A stretch of DNA of 41,668 bases. Origin: a virus (taxonomy: Duplodnaviria; Caudoviricetes). A program made the translations under genes and the position numbers. Positions 1-9,484 of this stretch are shown one piece after another. The stretch covers positions 1-41,668 of IMG/VR virus record IMGVR_UViG_3300027506_000001; one strand, given 5' to 3'. The notes beneath the pieces are model-generated. The model was not told where the DNA came from and ran no database searches. It saw only the letters and a program-made list of their open reading frames with translations. The number at the start of each line of letters is the position of its first letter. The first letter of the stretch is position 1.

Positions 1-99
1 TTTTTTCCTCAAGAGTTTATCGAAATTAGAATCAGAATTGTAAAGTATCTTTAAGAATTAAAAATACTTTACATCTTAATTTGAAAAAACAACACCAAG
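1..99. repeat. Terminal direct repeat (assembly overlap), identical to 41570-41668
   Basis: The first 99 nt (ttttttcctc...aacaccaag) are identical to the last 99 nt, as expected for a circular contig with a k-mer overlap. Confidence 0.95.
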
Positions 100-143
100 C
101 TAGACGCAGTAACTCAGTTATTAACGTCTAGCGTTTTTTTTTA
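87..143 (+). mobile_element. Degenerate attC-like site G upstream of thyA
   Basis: AAACAAC, then the gctagacg...cgtctagc hairpin, near-identical to the copies at 40914 and 41207. The right-hand GTTATTT core is replaced by a T run. Confidence 0.6.
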
Positions 144-160
144 AAAACAAAACTAAAAAA

Positions 161-946
161 ATGGAAAAACAGTATAAAAAACTATTAAAAGACATTCTCG
201 AAAACGGAGAAAAAAAATCGGATAGAACAGGTACAGGTACTATCTCTGTTTTTGGTCGCACAATCAGGCACAATATGAAAAACGGTTTTCCTCTTTTGAC
301 CACAAAAAAGATGCATATGAAGTCTATAATGACTGAGTTGAAGTGGTTTCTAAAAGGTGATACAAATATAAAATATCTTGTAGATAATGATTGTAATATT
401 TGGAACGGGGACTATGAGAAGTCAGGAAGAACAGATGGTGATCTTGGAGCAATTTACGGTAAGCAATGGAGGGACTGTAACGGAATAGACCAAATCGCAG
501 AATTGATAAATGGTTTAAAAAAAAATCCTGATTCAAGAAGGCATATTGTATCAGCTTGGAATGTAGGAGAACTTGACCAAATGACGCTCCCACCTTGCCA
601 CTACGCTTTTCAATGCTATGTTAACAACGGAAAATTATCTCTAATGTGGAATCAGCGTTCCGTTGATACTTTTCTAGGTTTGCCATATAATATTGCATCA
701 TACGGTATGCTGCTATTGTTATTGTGCGAAGAAACGGGATATTTGCCTAGCGAACTAATAGGAAGTCTAGGAGATGTACACTTGTACAGCAATCACATTG
801 AGCAAGCAAAATTGCAATTGACAAGAGAACCATACGATTTGCCAACCGTAAAACTATCTAATGTAGATGTACTACGAGGTGATTTTGATTATGAATTAAT
901 GAATTATAAATCACACCCAAAAATTAAGGCATTATTAAGCAATTAA
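161..946 (+). CDS. thyA: Thymidylate synthase
   Basis: [15 protein letters not shown], catalytic [22 protein letters not shown] and GDVHLY motifs. Confidence 0.97.
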   Translation: MEKQYKKLLKDILENGEKKSDRTGTGTISVFGRTIRHNMKNGFPLLTTKKMHMKSIMTELKWFLKGDTNIKYLVDNDCNIWNGDYEKSGRTDGDLGAIYGKQWRDCNGIDQIAELINGLKKNPDSRRHIVSAWNVGELDQMTLPPCHYAFQCYVNNGKLSLMWNQRSVDTFLGLPYNIASYGMLLLLLCEETGYLPSELIGSLGDVHLYSNHIEQAKLQLTREPYDLPTVKLSNVDVLRGDFDYELMNYKSHPKIKALLSN

Positions 947-963
947 ATTATAAAATCAATAAT

Positions 964-1509
964 ATGAAAAATATTTTAACAGCAATAATTTTATTTATTA
1001 GTTTAGTTACTAATTCTGCTCAAAATTATTATCCAAGAATTGATGCAACATACATAGAAAATTATGATGGTGATACTTTTAAATGCAGCTATTTAAAACT
1101 AACTGATAAAGAGAGTAAAGATTTTGAAAAAGTGATCATTAGTGTAAGACTTTTAAATGTAGATACTTATGAAATAAGTAGAAGAAGTCAAACTGATGAA
1201 GAAAATCAAAAAGCAAAAATTGCAAAAAAGTTAGTTAGCAAATTATTGCAAAAGGGTTTAATAGAAATATATCCTTTATATAAAGATAGGTATGGTCGTT
1301 ATGTATGTGAAGTTTATCCTTATAGATCACTAAAATCATTAGGTAAAATTTTAAAAGAAAATAATTTAGTATCTGGCAAATATGAAAATAAAAAGATAAA
1401 TAAACCTAGAATTTTTATTTCTAAAGAAGTAGATGAAGGAGCAATAAAATGTAGTAAATATGAAAATGGAGAATTAAAAAAACCTAAACCAATTTACTAT
1501 AAAAAATAA
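964..1509 (+). CDS. Thermonuclease (SNase-like) with a predicted signal peptide
   Basis: YDGDT, VRLLNVDTYE and DRYGR motifs. Hydrophobic N-terminus ending ...NSA|Q. Confidence 0.82.
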   Translation: MKNILTAIILFISLVTNSAQNYYPRIDATYIENYDGDTFKCSYLKLTDKESKDFEKVIISVRLLNVDTYEISRRSQTDEENQKAKIAKKLVSKLLQKGLIEIYPLYKDRYGRYVCEVYPYRSLKSLGKILKENNLVSGKYENKKINKPRIFISKEVDEGAIKCSKYENGELKKPKPIYYKK

Positions 1510-1548
1510 AAATGTAAATACAAATTAGGAATATAGATTTATTATTAC

Positions 1549-1556
1549 TAAATTTG
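1549..1556 (+). promoter_or_regulatory. Bacteroidota-type -7 promoter element
   Basis: TAAATTTG matches TAnnTTTG, intergenic, 30 nt before the ATG at 1586. Confidence 0.6.
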
Positions 1557-1585
1557 CATATTGTTAATTTATAAAACTAAAAAAT

Positions 1586-2071
1586 ATGTCTACACATTGG
1601 AAGAAAAATTTTAATTATGAATATCTAGGTACTTATAGTTTAGAATCAGGGAAAGACTTGATTCTTACCATAAAAGGTACTTCTCAAAAAGAAGTAACAG
1701 GTGCAAATGGTAGAAAAGAAATTTGTTTTGCAGCAAGTTTTGTTGAAGATTATAAACCAATGATCTTAAATAGAACAAATTGTAAGATTATTGAAAAACT
1801 TTACAAAAGTGCATTTGTAGAAGATTGGGTAGGTAAAAAGATTCAACTTTACAGTAAGAAAGTTGATGCTTTTGGTACTACTACTGATGGTCTAAGAATT
1901 AGAGAATTTTTGCCAAAAGAAGAAACAGAATCAGATAAATTAAAATCTGCACTAAGAGAAATTATCTTAAATTACAATGGCATTGACAAAGAAGATATTG
2001 TAAAATCAGTAGTTTCAGCAGGAGATGATGTGAAGAAATTAAAAATTCAACTTAAAAAACTTAAAAAATAA
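1586..2071 (+). CDS. Phage protein, possible ssDNA-annealing/recombination partner of the exonuclease
   Basis: Clean 161-aa ORF directly upstream of a lambda-exonuclease-family gene. Function is inferred from position only. Confidence 0.45.
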   Translation: MSTHWKKNFNYEYLGTYSLESGKDLILTIKGTSQKEVTGANGRKEICFAASFVEDYKPMILNRTNCKIIEKLYKSAFVEDWVGKKIQLYSKKVDAFGTTTDGLRIREFLPKEETESDKLKSALREIILNYNGIDKEDIVKSVVSAGDDVKKLKIQLKKLKK

Positions 2072-2074
2072 ATT

Positions 2075-2758
2075 ATGAAATATCCATTTTTTCATTTCGA
2101 CATTGAACAAAATACAGATGAATGGAATGAAATGCGATTAGGGAAAATTACTGCTTCTGCTGCATCTTGTCTATTAGTAGGTAAAGAAGATGAATTAAGT
2201 GTAGGAGCATTAACTTATGCGCTTGAAAAAGCAGCAGAAAGGATTACAAATGAAAGTACCAAACCTTTTTTTACAACGGTAGATACTGAAAGAGGACATG
2301 AATATGAAATTCTTGCTAGAAAAAAGTATGAGCAAGATTATTACTGCTCAATTGAGCAAGTAGGATTTATTCAGTTAAATGACTATGTTGGTTGCAGTCC
2401 AGATGGGATTTTAATAAAAGAAAAAAAGGGTACAGAGTTTAAATGTTTTAGGTCAGATAATCATTTGCATTATATTGATTTACTAGACAAATATAGTAAA
2501 GGTGAAATTCCAATATATTCTTCTAAAAGAGGAGAAAAAGGATTATTGGATAAAGCAAAATGGGCGCAACTCCAATTTAGTATGATGGTTAGTGGTTATG
2601 ATTCTTGGTCAATTGGATTTTACAATCCTTGCAATTTTGACAAAAAAGAATTAGTTAAAATTGATATACCTAGAGATGAAAAAACTATTAACTTACTTGA
2701 AAAGCAAGTTGATATGTTAATTAACGAGATAAAAAGGTTAGTTAACTTAGTTAAATAA
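2075..2758 (+). CDS. YqaJ / lambda-exonuclease family protein
   Basis: EQNTDEWNEMRLGKITAS, GHEYE, GCSPDG, EFKC and QLQFSM motifs. Confidence 0.9.
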   Translation: MKYPFFHFDIEQNTDEWNEMRLGKITASAASCLLVGKEDELSVGALTYALEKAAERITNESTKPFFTTVDTERGHEYEILARKKYEQDYYCSIEQVGFIQLNDYVGCSPDGILIKEKKGTEFKCFRSDNHLHYIDLLDKYSKGEIPIYSSKRGEKGLLDKAKWAQLQFSMMVSGYDSWSIGFYNPCNFDKKELVKIDIPRDEKTINLLEKQVDMLINEIKRLVNLVK

Positions 2759-2861
2759 AAAAAATAATTAATAAAACTTGAATCCGCAGAAGGGTTCCGT
2801 ATGCTAAGTTTCTTCCATAGCGAATTTATAGGCATTTTTTTTTAATCATAAAAAAATTAAT

Positions 2862-3191
2862 ATGTCGCAAGAAGTTCAAGGAAAAATTCATGTTATTATG
2901 GATATTCAGCAAGTAACAGATTCTTTTAAAAAAAGAGAATTTGTTATAGAAATAGTTGATGGTGCATACACGCAACTAGTAAAATTCCAATCTGTTCAAG
3001 ATAATTGTGAAAAACTTGATGGATTTAAGGTTGGAGATGATGTAAAAGTAAATTATAATTTACGTGGTAGGGAGTGGACAAATAAAGAAGGACTTAAAAA
3101 TTATTTTACTAATCTTGATGCTTGGAAAGTTGAACATTTTGGAGAAAGTAATAATAATAAAAAAGGAGCAGAAGATGATCTGCCATTTTAA
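2862..3191 (+). CDS. DUF3127-type single-stranded DNA-binding protein
   Basis: FKKREFVI, VNYNLRGREW, YFTNLDAWK and an acidic DDLPF C-terminus. Confidence 0.85.
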   Translation: MSQEVQGKIHVIMDIQQVTDSFKKREFVIEIVDGAYTQLVKFQSVQDNCEKLDGFKVGDDVKVNYNLRGREWTNKEGLKNYFTNLDAWKVEHFGESNNNKKGAEDDLPF

Positions 3192-3220
3192 AAATAAATA
3201 AGAAGTATCAGTTTGTATTT

Positions 3221-3275
3221 GGTTGATTATTATTAGTTGCTTAAAATCTTCTAATAAATAATCAGCCATTTTTTT
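3221..3275 (+). terminator. Probable intrinsic terminator
   Basis: ggttgattatt...aataatcagcc stem followed by a T run. Confidence 0.55.
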
Positions 3276-3287
3276 AATTAATATACT

Positions 3288-3527
3288 ATGAAAATAAAAG
3301 AAAAATTTACAACCTTAGATGCTTTTAAAAGAGGGAGCGCAATAAAAAGAAATTGCTTTAAAAGATGTTCTCTTTGTAAAACTGAATGGATAAAATCTAC
3401 TAGTAGTTATGTCCATTATTCTACAATAATGAAACGAAATTTTGTAGAAGCGATTTTCTTTTGTGATAATTGTTTAAAAGTAAAAAAGTTAGATGAAAAA
3501 ATTAGTGATAACAGAGGATCGAAATAA
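3288..3527 (+). CDS. Small hypothetical protein, possible Zn finger
   Basis: CSLC and CDNC cysteine pairs. Confidence 0.55.
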   Translation: MKIKEKFTTLDAFKRGSAIKRNCFKRCSLCKTEWIKSTSSYVHYSTIMKRNFVEAIFFCDNCLKVKKLDEKISDNRGSK

Positions 3528-3912
3528 AACTGATTTTCTTTTTAGAGAATTAAAAAAATTTGTTGATTCATGGGGAGATTTTAAAAATCTTAAAACAATA
3601 GATGACAAAGTTTACTATTCTTTGTTTTCTTCGTTCTATGAAAATGGAATCAATAAAACTATTATTAGTTGTTCTTATCCAGAAGGACACGCAATTTACC
3701 GTTTATTAAAAGTGATTCTTCAAAAGGAATCAAATGATAATTTTGAAAAGTTTGCAGAAAAAGAAGGATTAGAAATTAATAATGGAACTTGGTGCTATAA
3801 AGAATCAGGTCAAGAATTTGACTTTGATTCAGATTTTAAAATTGAAAAAAATAAAAAAGAAAAAATTTTATTATATTTCTTAAATCAATTTCAAGATTTT
3901 TTAATAAAATAA
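3493..3912 (+). CDS. Hypothetical protein
   Basis: 139-aa ORF, tightly packed in the operon. Confidence 0.6.
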   Translation: MKKLVITEDRNKTDFLFRELKKFVDSWGDFKNLKTIDDKVYYSLFSSFYENGINKTIISCSYPEGHAIYRLLKVILQKESNDNFEKFAEKEGLEINNGTWCYKESGQEFDFDSDFKIEKNKKEKILLYFLNQFQDFLIK

Positions 3913-3918
3913 TAAAAA

Positions 3919-4332
3919 ATGAGTGAAATAGCTAAAACTAAAACTAAAAAACCTCATGGCAATTTAAAATGGACAGTTGAAACTGTATCTAATAAAGTTG
4001 ATGAAATGATGGTCATTTTAAAAAATAATCCTGATGACTATAATTTTCTAGGTACTCTTTTAATTGATTTAGGATTATATAGGGAAATTTGGGGGATATG
4101 GAAAAGGAAATTTTCTAATGAAGTAGATTTATTTTCTAAAATGAAACTTATTGATTCAGTTTTTGAAGCTAAAATAGTTGAAGCAGGAATGAAAGGTAAA
4201 CTAAATCCAACTTTAGTTATCTTTGCTCTTAAAAATAATTATGGTTGGAGAGATAAAAAAGAAATTGATTTATCTGGTTCAATGTCAATAAGTAATATGA
4301 GTAGTTTTGTTGAAGGAGAAGAAGATGAATAA
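3919..4332 (+). CDS. Terminase small subunit / DNA-packaging protein
   Basis: LNPTLVIFALKNNYGWRDKKE motif, directly upstream of the large terminase. Confidence 0.8.
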   Translation: MSEIAKTKTKKPHGNLKWTVETVSNKVDEMMVILKNNPDDYNFLGTLLIDLGLYREIWGIWKRKFSNEVDLFSKMKLIDSVFEAKIVEAGMKGKLNPTLVIFALKNNYGWRDKKEIDLSGSMSISNMSSFVEGEEDE

Positions 4333-4340
4333 AAATCACT

Positions 4341-5660
4341 ATGAAAAATATAGAAATTCCATCAAGATTAAAAGTTAAAAAAAATGATCCTTTCTTACCT
4401 CTTTACACCTCTAAAAAAAGATACTTTTTTCTTACAGGTGGTAGAGGATCATTAAAATCATCATCAGTACATAAATTTGTTGCTTTGTTGACATTTCAAA
4501 AAGGTCATGGAATTTTATTCACGAGATATACAATGTCATCAGCAGAAGCAAGTATTATTCCAGAATTTAAAATTGTTACTGATCGGTTAAAAATTACAGA
4601 TGATTTTCATTTCACAAAAACTAAAGTAATCAATAAGCATACGGGAAGTTTTATTTTTTTTAGTGGAATAAAAACTTCACAAGGTAATCAAACTGCAAAA
4701 TTAAAATCTATTGCAGGTATTTCAACTTGGGTAATTGAAGAAGGAGAAGATTTTGATGATCCAATTGCTTTTGATACAATTGATAATTCAATTAGAACAA
4801 CAGCAGTACAAAATAGGGTAATCTGGATTCAAAATCCTACTACCAAAGAACATTTTATTTACGAAAAATTTATTGAAGGAAATTCAAAAAAAATAAAAGT
4901 TGAAAATTATGATGTAACAGTTTCAAATCATAATGAAGTAGAACACATACATACAACTTACAGAATTGCAGAAAAAGAAGGTTATCTTGATGCAACATGG
5001 TTACAAAAAGCAGCAAATCTTAAATTAAAAGCATTAGAAGATGAAAAAAATGCAAAGAAAAAAGATAAAAACCATGTAAAACATACTAGTAAATATTACT
5101 ATGTGTATATCGGTGGATGGTTAGAAATGTCAGAAGGTGCGATTTATACAGATTGGATTCAAGGCAAATTTAATACAAAAGTTCCTTCTGTACATGGAAT
5201 GGATTATGGTTACTTTCCTGATCCTTTGGCATTAATTGAAGTAGCAGTAGTAAAAAAAGAAATGAAAATTTATGTCAGAGAAAAAATATTTGCTTTAAAA
5301 TTATCTGAAAGTGAAATAATTGAAGCAATTAGAAAAAAAATAGGTAATAAAAATAATCTAATTGTAGCTGATACAAATGAACCAAGAACGACATCAGCAA
5401 TAAGAAAAGCAGGATTTAATATTGTAAGTGCAAAAAAAGAAAAAGGTTCAGTAAAAGCAGATATTATTGAAATACAAGATTATCAAATTATTGTTGATCC
5501 AAAATCTGAAAATATAAAAAGAGAATTAAGGAATTATTCGTGGAATAATAAAAAAGCTAGTATTCCGATTGGTGAATATAATCATACCATGGATGCAATT
5601 CGTTATTCATTTAGAAGGCAAATAAAGAAAAAAAGAAGAGGGATAAAAAGAAGAAATTAA
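4341..5660 (+). CDS. Terminase large subunit (PBSX-like)
   Basis: Walker A GGRGSLKS, Walker B WVIEEGE, QNP motif, nuclease GMDYGYFPDP and NHTMDAIRY. Confidence 0.93.
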   Translation: MKNIEIPSRLKVKKNDPFLPLYTSKKRYFFLTGGRGSLKSSSVHKFVALLTFQKGHGILFTRYTMSSAEASIIPEFKIVTDRLKITDDFHFTKTKVINKHTGSFIFFSGIKTSQGNQTAKLKSIAGISTWVIEEGEDFDDPIAFDTIDNSIRTTAVQNRVIWIQNPTTKEHFIYEKFIEGNSKKIKVENYDVTVSNHNEVEHIHTTYRIAEKEGYLDATWLQKAANLKLKALEDEKNAKKKDKNHVKHTSKYYYVYIGGWLEMSEGAIYTDWIQGKFNTKVPSVHGMDYGYFPDPLALIEVAVVKKEMKIYVREKIFALKLSESEIIEAIRKKIGNKNNLIVADTNEPRTTSAIRKAGFNIVSAKKEKGSVKADIIEIQDYQIIVDPKSENIKRELRNYSWNNKKASIPIGEYNHTMDAIRYSFRRQIKKKRRGIKRRN

Positions 5661-5670
5661 AAAAAAAAAA

Positions 5671-5889
5671 ATGGTTGAAAAAATACAGAAAGAAATATTG
5701 AATAGATTAAATACTGAATGTTTTTTTAATTATTCACTTGAAATAACCATTTTAAAAGATCAAGCAATAGGATATGAAGCTTTTGGAGATTTAGAAAGTA
5801 GTTCAGATTTTTGGGTTCTAATTAATTGGTTAGAAAATGAAAGAATTATTAGATTATCTTCTAATGTTTTTTCTCATAGAGAAAACTAA
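5671..5889 (+). CDS. Hypothetical protein
   Basis: 72-aa ORF following terL. Confidence 0.55.
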   Translation: MVEKIQKEILNRLNTECFFNYSLEITILKDQAIGYEAFGDLESSSDFWVLINWLENERIIRLSSNVFSHREN

Positions 5890-5929
5890 AAAATAAGCAC
5901 GAATTTTTAAATCAAAAAATTAATAAATT

Positions 5930-6217
5930 ATGGCAAGCAGGATCCAGATAGGTAAAACCGTAAAAGTTAAAGGAAAACAGTACAAAATATCAAAAGGTAC
6001 TGCAAAAGGAAAAAAGTACAAAGCTACTCCCGTAAATGGAGAAGGTTCTAGTATTAATTTTGGAGCAAAAGGATATACAATCAAATCAGGAACAAAAGCA
6101 GGAGATAGTTATTGTGCAAGATCAAGTGGAATTAAATCAAGTAAAAAAGGTGCTACTGCAAATGATTTTTCAAGATTAGCTTGGAATTGTGAAGGTAAAA
6201 AATCCAGAAAAAAATAA
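5930..6217 (+). CDS. Small, highly basic phage protein (FG..G / SYCARS / W.C pattern)
   Basis: Lys-rich 95 aa with INFGAKGY, DSYCARSSG and SRLAWNC. I recall this pattern from phage hypothetical proteins; function unknown. Confidence 0.7.
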   Translation: MASRIQIGKTVKVKGKQYKISKGTAKGKKYKATPVNGEGSSINFGAKGYTIKSGTKAGDSYCARSSGIKSSKKGATANDFSRLAWNCEGKKSRKK

Positions 6218-6250
6218 TAAAACATTGGCACGAATTTTTGATTTTTAAGA

Positions 6251-6285
6251 AAAAAAAAGCACCATTTTTTAGTGATGCTTTTTTT
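6251..6285. terminator. Bidirectional terminator between convergent genes
   Basis: A8-gcacc...gatgc-T7 hairpin between the + gene ending at 6217 and the - gene ending at 6293. Confidence 0.55.
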
Positions 6286-6292
6286 AATTGTT

Positions 6293-6511
6293 TTAAGATA
6301 TTTGATTCCATATAAATTTAACATCTTCAACCCATTCTTCCAAAGATTGTTGGTTAAGATGACAAACATAAATTGATGTGCTATATAGTTGTGCCAACTT
6401 TAATCCAATTTCTTTATCCTCACTTGTAACATAGAAATATCCTACTGATTTTACTAAGCATACATTACCTAGTTTTTTATTTAATTCCTTGTTGATTTTT
6501 TTAATTGTCAT
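6293..6511 (-). CDS. Hypothetical protein (leftward early-type cluster)
   Basis: 72-aa ORF, last of three tandem minus-strand ORFs. Confidence 0.65.
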   Translation of the reverse strand: MTIKKINKELNKKLGNVCLVKSVGYFYVTSEDKEIGLKLAQLYSTSIYVCHLNQQSLEEWVEDVKFIWNQIS

Positions 6512-6512
6512 G

Positions 6513-6662
6513 TTAAAAATATTTAAAAAATTTAACTGAATCTAATCTGAATCGTTCTATGTTTTCTTTTCCCCAACTTACTGCATCTTCGTAAGTTTTA
6601 AATTCTTTCCGATCTAAACGAAAAGAATTTTTACAATTTAAAAATTCAATATAACATTCCAT
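6513..6662 (-). CDS. Small hypothetical protein, 49 aa (not in ORF track)
   Basis: Manual translation MECYIEFLNCKNSFRLDRKEFKTYEDAVSWGKENIERFRLDSVKFFKYF. Preceded by an AACTTAAAAAACTTAAAAAAC leader. Confidence 0.65.
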   Translation of the reverse strand: MECYIEFLNCKNSFRLDRKEFKTYEDAVSWGKENIERFRLDSVKFFKYF

Positions 6663-6694
6663 GTTTTTTAAGTTTTTTAAGTTATTTAATTTAT

Positions 6695-6904
6695 TTAATT
6701 TTCCTTACTGTATGTGAATTTAATTCTTGAAATAACACCAAATGAGAATTTAACTTCATTAAAATTATGATATTCTAATTTTTTGTAATGAGTATTGTAA
6801 TTACTTAACTCACCGTTATACTCTAAACATTTTTTTAATGTTGTGAAATATAGGTCTGGCGTATCTTCGCCTAAATATTGTTTTTGTTTTATAAATCGTT
6901 TCAT
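6695..6904 (-). CDS. Hypothetical protein
   Basis: 69-aa ORF, first gene of the leftward cluster. Confidence 0.55.
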   Translation of the reverse strand: MKRFIKQKQYLGEDTPDLYFTTLKKCLEYNGELSNYNTHYKKLEYHNFNEVKFSFGVISRIKFTYSKEN

Positions 6905-6959
6905 AATGTTAAAAAAATAAAAGTCTTTTAGTTAAACAATACTGCAATTTATAACATAT

Positions 6960-7280
<321 letters not shown>

Positions 7281-7656
7281 ATTGAAAATAGATTCTTAGC
7301 TGAAATAATAACATATATACACTCTTCGCACTTAACACTAACAAAAATTGCTTATAATCGCTTAGAATCGCTTAGAATTGCAAATAAGACTATATTAATC
7401 CGATTTATTTTTTTTTGAAGTGATCTAATTAGTAGTTAATTAGTTGTCCCAAAATCCAAAGGGAATCTATTTTTTTAGGTTCCCTTTCCTTCTTTCTTTC
7501 TTCTTACAAATAAGATTCAGCTTATCTTCACAAAATTATTTAATTAATTTTAGTTCGTACTATTCGTACCTAGTACGAGCGATACGAATTTAATTTTTGT
7601 CACCATTTTTTCTTTTGAAAATAAGAAAGCACTAGTATTTTTATTTGAGTTTTTTC

Positions 7657-7860
7657 TGCCACGAATTTTGAAGAAAAAAAGCACGAATTTTCTGCCACGA
7701 ATTTTCTGCCACGAGTTTTTAGGCACGAATTTTTAGGCACGAATTTTTAAAATAGAAAAAATAGGCACGAGTTTTCTGCCATCAAAAAAATAGGCACGAA
7801 TTTTTAGTTACCATAAAATAGGCACGAATTTTCTAATATGAAAAAAAGCACGAATTTTCA
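7657..7860 (+). repeat. Array of 10 direct repeats (G/C)CACGA(A/G)TTTT
   Basis: CACG starts at 7660, 7682, 7696, 7710, 7724, 7738, 7766, 7795, 7823 and 7849. Two isolated copies lie at 5898 and 6229. Confidence 0.92.
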
Positions 7861-8066
7861 TATTAGAAAGGTCTATATATAGTAAAAATATCTATATATG
7901 GCTGTATAGATATTATAATATTTTTAAATATGTTTTTATTTGCATACGTTTTTTTTGGTGAATAATTACAAAGCTATATTAATATATTTGTAATAACAAA
8001 AAAAAAGAACTAAAAAATAAATATAAAAAAGTTATCCTAAAAATAGGAATATACAAAAATACTTTT

Positions 8067-8074
8067 TAATTTTG
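8067..8074 (+). promoter_or_regulatory. TAnnTTTG promoter element for the rightward small-gene cluster
   Basis: TAATTTTG upstream of the ATG at 8121. The upstream TAGGAATATA is shared with the promoter near 1549. Confidence 0.6.
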
Positions 8075-8120
8075 TGTATCTCAATATTGAGAATATTAAA
8101 AAACTTAAAAAATTATAATT

Positions 8121-8297
8121 ATGCAAAAATATAAAATCAAATTATCAGAAATAGAAACAATATATAAGCAATCATTTATTAAATGCAAATATGTTGCTAG
8201 AGATGGAAGTATTATAACTAAAAAATACTATTCCTTTTCACTAACGGAAGCTAAAAGGAATTTTAAGGAATATATTAATTCTAACGGATTAACTTAA
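8121..8297 (+). CDS. Small hypothetical protein, 58 aa (not in ORF track)
   Basis: Manual translation MQKYKIKLSEIETIYKQSFIKCKYVARDGSIITKKYYSFSLTEAKRNFKEYINSNGLT. Has a promoter and an AAAACTTAAAAA leader. Confidence 0.65.
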   Translation: MQKYKIKLSEIETIYKQSFIKCKYVARDGSIITKKYYSFSLTEAKRNFKEYINSNGLT

Positions 8298-8346
8298 TTA
8301 CTTTTTACAAAAAACAAATATTAAAAAACTTTAAAAATTAAAAAAC

Positions 8347-8538
8347 ATGAAAAAATATAACGTACTTTTTAAGGATCTTTTTACTCATTCTATTGATAGT
8401 AAAATTGTATGTATTAATACAAAACAAAAAAAAGCTATTTTAGGATCTATTCAGTGGAAAACAGAATTTGCTTTTTTTGATAAAAAAACAAATATAAAAT
8501 ATAATTATATATTGTTAAAAATTGAAGAAGAAAAATAA
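8347..8538 (+). CDS. Hypothetical protein
   Basis: 63-aa ORF with the same type of A-rich leader. Confidence 0.6.
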   Translation: MKKYNVLFKDLFTHSIDSKIVCINTKQKKAILGSIQWKTEFAFFDKKTNIKYNYILLKIEEEK

Positions 8539-8595
8539 ATTAATATTTTTTTAATTAAAATATGCAAAATATTTGCATTTTAAATAAATTAATAT

Positions 8596-8603
8596 TAATT
8601 TTG
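8596..8603 (+). promoter_or_regulatory. TAnnTTTG promoter element
   Basis: TAATTTTG with an upstream TTTG, before the ATG at 8649. Confidence 0.6.
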
Positions 8604-8648
8604 TATCGAAAGGAAAACAAATATTTAAAAACTTAAAAAATTAAAAAA

Positions 8649-9449
8649 ATGAAAAAAGTATTCACAAACTCTGAAATTTGCCACGTTTTTAATATGCAAC
8701 ATCAAAACGATGGAAGAAACACAAACAATAGTTTATATTTTTTAAATAACAAATTATATTCTTATGGTAGACATTATCTATTGTGTGAATTTATTAATCC
8801 TCAAACGGTCATTATTAATGACACAGGATATAGTAATACGACATCTAAACACATATCTTTAATATTAAACGCAACTAGAAACCGAAAACAATACTTTAAA
8901 ACGTGTATTGATCCAATAATAGTTAATAATAGTATTAAAAAATATTTAAAAAAAATTACTAGAGCCAGAGAAAGAAAAACCTTTTATTTTAGAGAAATAA
9001 GAAATATATTTAATATGTATTTTAATTATATTGAAGAAACAAAACAAAAAACTTCTTTTTTGAAAATTAAAGAACATAGAGAAAATTTAAAAATGTTTTC
9101 TTTATTTCAAAATAACTCTTCAAGTTTAGAAGAGGACATTAAAAAAGACCAAATTTTACGAGAACAAGTAAAAGTCAAAAAATGGAAAAATGGCGAAATT
9201 GATTTTTTTAAAAATAACACAAAAAGCGATTTTTTAAGAATAAAAAACGGATTTGTTGAAACTTCGCAAAATGTAAAAATTACAATTGATGAAGCAAAAA
9301 GATTATTAATCTTGATTGATCAAAATAATATAATAGGTCAAAAAGTTTCAAATTTATATACTGTTTTAAGTTGGTATAAATTTTTAAAAATTGGATGTCA
9401 TAATATTTCTTTGGAAGAAATTAACTACATAAAAAAAATATTAAACTAA
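8649..9449 (+). CDS. Hypothetical protein (early-type)
   Basis: 266-aa ORF with LYSYGRHY, YSNTTSKH, VETSQ and IGCH segments. No function recognised. Confidence 0.8.
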   Translation: MKKVFTNSEICHVFNMQHQNDGRNTNNSLYFLNNKLYSYGRHYLLCEFINPQTVIINDTGYSNTTSKHISLILNATRNRKQYFKTCIDPIIVNNSIKKYLKKITRARERKTFYFREIRNIFNMYFNYIEETKQKTSFLKIKEHRENLKMFSLFQNNSSSLEEDIKKDQILREQVKVKKWKNGEIDFFKNNTKSDFLRIKNGFVETSQNVKITIDEAKRLLILIDQNNIIGQKVSNLYTVLSWYKFLKIGCHNISLEEINYIKKILN

Positions 9450-9484
9450 TAACAAATTTTTTAAAAACTTAAAAATTATTAAAC

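Noticed and set aside
1-99. Biological terminal repeat of the virion DNA
   Set aside because: It is exactly 99 nt and cuts through an ORF and a repeat, typical of an assembler overlap.
7657-7860. CRISPR array
   Set aside because: The repeats are only about 11 nt with 3-18 nt gaps, there are no unique spacers of CRISPR size, and there are no cas genes.
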